In this document: positions 60,376 to 64,000 of the stretch, one piece after another
Layout of the letters: every line of letters starts with the position of its first letter
How positions within the stretch are numbered: the stretch's first letter is position 1
Source: Bdellovibrionales bacterium
Lineage (GTDB): Bacteria > Bdellovibrionota > Bdellovibrionia > Bdellovibrionales > Bdellovibrionaceae
Assembly: GCA_031370005.1 (NCBI GenBank)
Contig: JANMPT010000028.1
Span: forward strand, 195,433-259,432
Reading direction: 5' to 3'
Length of the DNA: 64,000 nucleotides
Notes under the pieces: model-generated
Told to the model about the DNA's origin: nothing
Seen by the model: only the letters and a program-made list of their open reading frames with translations
Database searches by the model: none
Position numbers and translations under genes: made by a program

Positions 60376-61088
60376 GCGATACGCTTAATCTGAGACAACT
60401 TATCTTTAAGTGTGCTTATTTCCTGCTTAAGAGTGTTATTCTCTTGCATGAGTTGATTCATTTTACGCTTTATTAAATCAATTTCCTGAGAGTGCTTCTC
60501 TTGCGATACAGGGGCCGATTGAGACCCACTTATAGACTCTTTAGGATGCGATGATTTTGAATCCCCATCAAAGCTAATATCAATTTTACTCAAATACGCT
60601 ATGCCTGAGTCGGAATTATTCAAGCGCTCCTCAATATTGTCCTCAATAAAAAGGTCAGCATCAAATTTCTCAAATTTAATATAGCCTGAGGCCGCGATCG
60701 CACGAACTTCTGTAATTAATTTCATCTCACAAGTGACCTTTTCAGCAGGGCTTGGGTTCAGTTCTAATATTTGATTTATTAGTTTTCTTTTCGTGATCGG
60801 CGGCAAAGGAGCTAGAATTCTATCAACATCCTCTACTGCACGACCGTGAAGACTTACACACAGTGTAAGCGGCTGAAGACGGGACAAGGTCTCATATATG
60901 ATATCCTGAGGCCAAGTAAAGACTCGATCTACTGTGAGTATCTTTTTTCGAAGTTCCCGTTCCCATGCGGGGCTCTCTTGATTGATAAGCCCGAGAAACT
61001 GCTCCTGCTTTTTTCCTACCGATGTTTCGATAAGAGTTAAAAGTTGAGCAAAGCCGCTTTTTTTCTTATAACGATCTAACATTCCCAT
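60372..61088 (-). CDS. FliG C-terminal-like protein with terminal coiled coil (start moved to MGMLDR)
   Basis: LRKKILTVDRVFTW...ITEVRAIAASGYIKF resembles FliG-C; heptads KMNQLMQENNTLKQEISTLKDKL. Confidence 0.55.
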   Translation of the reverse strand: MGMLDRYKKKSGFAQLLTLIETSVGKKQEQFLGLINQESPAWERELRKKILTVDRVFTWPQDIIYETLSRLQPLTLCVSLHGRAVEDVDRILAPLPPITKRKLINQILELNPSPAEKVTCEMKLITEVRAIAASGYIKFEKFDADLFIEDNIEERLNNSDSGIAYLSKIDISFDGDSKSSHPKESISGSQSAPVSQEKHSQEIDLIKRKMNQLMQENNTLKQEISTLKDKLSQIKRIA

Positions 61089-61095
61089 GCAGAAT

Positions 61096-61123
61096 AAATC
61101 GGCCATTTCTGTGGTAAACTTCA
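61096..61123 (-). promoter_or_regulatory. Putative sigma28 promoter, leaderless
   Basis: Minus strand TGAAG-N15-GCCGATTT-N7-ATG. Confidence 0.55.
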
Positions 61124-61261
61124 CAAAAATCCTGCCTCAAAGTGAGAATTAACTGAAATTTATCCAAGCCAAGGCCCCTAAAACAAAAAACCTCGCAGAC
61201 AGCAAGGTTTTGATTTGGTAATAAATTTTATGGCCTTATTCAATTAAAAGCTCTTCTAAAG

Positions 61262-62440
61262 TTAAAGTGTCTTGCAAGTATACTGCAGTCTCACCGTCGT
61301 CCCAGGAGACAATTGCTCGCTAAATTTCACTTCTCGATCAGAGACAGAATACGTAACACCAGGCTGGCCTACGATATTCACTGTAAGGTCAGATGGGTTG
61401 TTGCACGCAAGCGTAGCGCTATTAATACGGCTTAGAATATTAGTACTGATTTGCCCAAGCTGGCTTGTATAATCGCTTGCGCAAATATCACCAACAATTC
61501 CGTGAGTCAATTGTGAGGCCTGATTGTAAATTAGACCGAAGCTTCCGCTCACAACGGCAGTCCCATTAACAACCAATTGATTATCTTGTATGGTCTTACA
61601 AGCCTGAGTTGTTGTAATGATTGAATGAACACTAAGAGCTTTTCCACCGCCGTATGTCGCAAGTACGTTGTTCAAAAGTGTTTGCGGTTGGTCGAAACTC
61701 TCCAAGTCATAACCAGGATAGCTTCCTGGACTTTGCTGATTATACCAATAGAGCTGCGATCTCACATCCTCATCTGATAAAATTATAATGGCTAAGTGCG
61801 CATTCGGTCGTATAAAACTATTAGGATTATTTTTTACTGTCAGATTCGCGGCATAAATCCCGCGCTCGTCTCCATACGGGCAGTTGGCATCATAAGCACT
61901 ATCATAGCCACTTTTTCCATAATTATTTCTAATAAATGTTTCACAATCTAAGGTCTCTTTGCGTTGGAGAGTTTTTTTAAACCAATCGTCTTTTTGTGCC
62001 AAAGTTCCAGATGCACTTGTTAAAAAATAGGCACCATTAGGAAATGCGATCAAGCGACCATCTTGTAAGGCTCCATTTTGATTAATTGCCCGTGCTGGAT
62101 TATTGCCTGAGGAAATATCGGTTGTTGTAATAGCGATGCGATAGTCAGCCTTTTGATTTTCAAGATTCTGAATAAAGCCACTAAGTCTTGTTGCTAACTG
62201 AGTTTGTTCGAAAGACATCGAAGCAGAGTTATCATCAACAATGAGAATATCAACAAGTCCACCTGCTGCCGTAATAGTCTCATCAAAATAATCTTTGCCA
62301 TTCTGACTGATACAGTTCAACCCAGAATTCTGGCACTTGTTAAGCTCTTCATCTTTGACGAAATTAACAGGCGAGCACCCAACATAAATACTGACGAGCA
62401 CTGGTACCGCTAGAATTTTAAAAGCCCTACTCATGTTCAT
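61262..62440 (-). CDS. Cys-rich VWA-domain lipoprotein, likely paralogue of 41670..42656
   Basis: Lipobox YVGC; VDILIVDDNSASM; ERGIYAA; IIILSDED. Confidence 0.75.
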   Translation of the reverse strand: MNMSRAFKILAVPVLVSIYVGCSPVNFVKDEELNKCQNSGLNCISQNGKDYFDETITAAGGLVDILIVDDNSASMSFEQTQLATRLSGFIQNLENQKADYRIAITTTDISSGNNPARAINQNGALQDGRLIAFPNGAYFLTSASGTLAQKDDWFKKTLQRKETLDCETFIRNNYGKSGYDSAYDANCPYGDERGIYAANLTVKNNPNSFIRPNAHLAIIILSDEDVRSQLYWYNQQSPGSYPGYDLESFDQPQTLLNNVLATYGGGKALSVHSIITTTQACKTIQDNQLVVNGTAVVSGSFGLIYNQASQLTHGIVGDICASDYTSQLGQISTNILSRINSATLACNNPSDLTVNIVGQPGVTYSVSDREVKFSEQLSPGTTVRLQYTCKTL

Positions 62441-62748
62441 GATGACACCTCATCTCACTCAGAAACATCCAAGCTCAGTGCCAAAACTGCAACAAATGCC
62501 TAACTAACTTAAATTACTAGGTAATTATCTAATTAAAGTATTATTATATTTGCCCATTGTATGTTCAAAATATCAACAGGCAATTTCTTAATTTAAATAA
62601 AAATGAGAAATATCATATACTTAGTTGCTCTTCATGTGCAAATCAAATAAGAACAATTTTTGTTCCAGCATCTGTATTAAATACAAAGTGGGAGTCCTGA
62701 ATTTCATCTGAGGATTGTGGTTCCAACAAAAAATCGGTGAGATATGTT

Positions 62749-63240
62749 ATGGAATCAAAAATAATAGGCATAGTTCTCTTAGCCTGCGCGGGCCTAATTT
62801 TTCAATATAGCTACGATGACTTCGTAGGTTCTTTTTTTTCCCCAAACATAAAGCTAAAAACCATGATTGAAAAAGACATTACAAACTTCATTGAAAAAGA
62901 AGCACCTGAGAATAAAAAAAATATTCATCACGTTCGACTCATTTATAGGTCCGAAGATACCTATAATTTTCTAAAAAAGCATCCCCCCCAGTTTCAAACT
63001 AAAAAGAATGGAAATATCTGGCTTGAGATCGAGTTTTTTGACCTGCCAGACAAGGAGAATCCAGGTTTTATTGCACAGACAAGTTTTTTTGATTTAAAAA
63101 CACAAAATAAAATTTCAGAATTTGGCAGGACTTATTACTTTAAGGATTTTGATAAGAATATTAATGTCCCCGTAATAGCAATCTCCAATAAGAAAACTAA
63201 AACCGCAGAGCCAATCGTTAAGAAACAGGATCTGCAATAA
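62749..63240 (+). CDS. Hypothetical protein with N-terminal TM or signal segment
   Basis: Open 163-aa frame from MESKII; hydrophobic N-terminus. Confidence 0.6.
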   Translation: MESKIIGIVLLACAGLIFQYSYDDFVGSFFSPNIKLKTMIEKDITNFIEKEAPENKKNIHHVRLIYRSEDTYNFLKKHPPQFQTKKNGNIWLEIEFFDLPDKENPGFIAQTSFFDLKTQNKISEFGRTYYFKDFDKNINVPVIAISNKKTKTAEPIVKKQDLQ

Positions 63241-63245
63241 AAGAC

Positions 63246-63284
63246 AAAAAAAAGCCGACTGGTTACCCAATCGGCTAAAAAAAA
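63246..63284. terminator. rRNA operon terminator, bidirectional
   Basis: A-run, AGCCGACTGG-TTAC-CCAATCGGCT, A-run; strongest on the minus strand, right after 5S. Confidence 0.8.
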
Positions 63285-63285
63285 G

Positions 63286-63403
63286 AGCTGGCATCGTGCT
63301 ACTCTCCCACACGGTTGCCCGTGCAATACCATTGCCGCAAGCGGACTTAACTTCTGAGTTCGGAATGGGATCAGGTGTTGCCCCGCTGCTATAGACGCCA
63401 GCA
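63286..63403 (-). rRNA. rrf: 5S rRNA
   Basis: Minus strand CACCTGATCCCATTCCGAACTCAGAAGTTAAG...GTGGGAGAGTAG; ends approximate. Confidence 0.97.
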
Positions 63404-63505
63404 AAACTTATATAATTATATTCAATGAAAATTGAATGGTTGATTTAGTTGATTTTTAGCAAAAAGGTTAATTACCATATTAATAATTAATAAAAAAAAT
63501 TAATA

Positions 63506-64000
<495 letters not shown>

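Noticed and set aside
63115..63404. ORFs 63115..63312 and 63135..63404
   Set aside because: They are translations of the 5S rRNA and its terminator.

Overview
Mostly core chromosome of a Bdellovibrio-like bacterium (taxonomy inferred from gene content and protein style, not from a search). It holds the 5' part of rpoB with rplL-rplJ-rplA-rplK-nusG-secE-tuf and five tRNAs; rlmB, pyrF, arfB, proS, an NtrY/NtrX-like pair, ribE-ribB-ribH and clpB; a flagellin, a histone H1-like protein, a sigma54 activator, xerC-like and recO; a partial complex I operon (nuoB, CD, E, F, G, I); a subtilisin, an ABC exporter pair, phnDCE, rsmI and hrpB; a heavy-metal RND/TolC locus; several secreted proteins; and the 3' end of an rRNA operon. 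I found no CRISPR array, IS element or prophage, and cannot prove a new system from sequence alone. Best leads: (1) a ~270-nt flagellin leader with six GGA-loop hairpins and an SD-led micro-ORF (MKINNS) resembling a flagellin N-terminus; (2) six sigma28-type promoters linking flagellin to uncharacterised envelope genes; (3) about seven apparently leaderless genes; (4) a basic/acidic diblock H1-like protein; (5) an RND-TolC locus with no membrane fusion protein. Domain calls come from motif recognition by eye.
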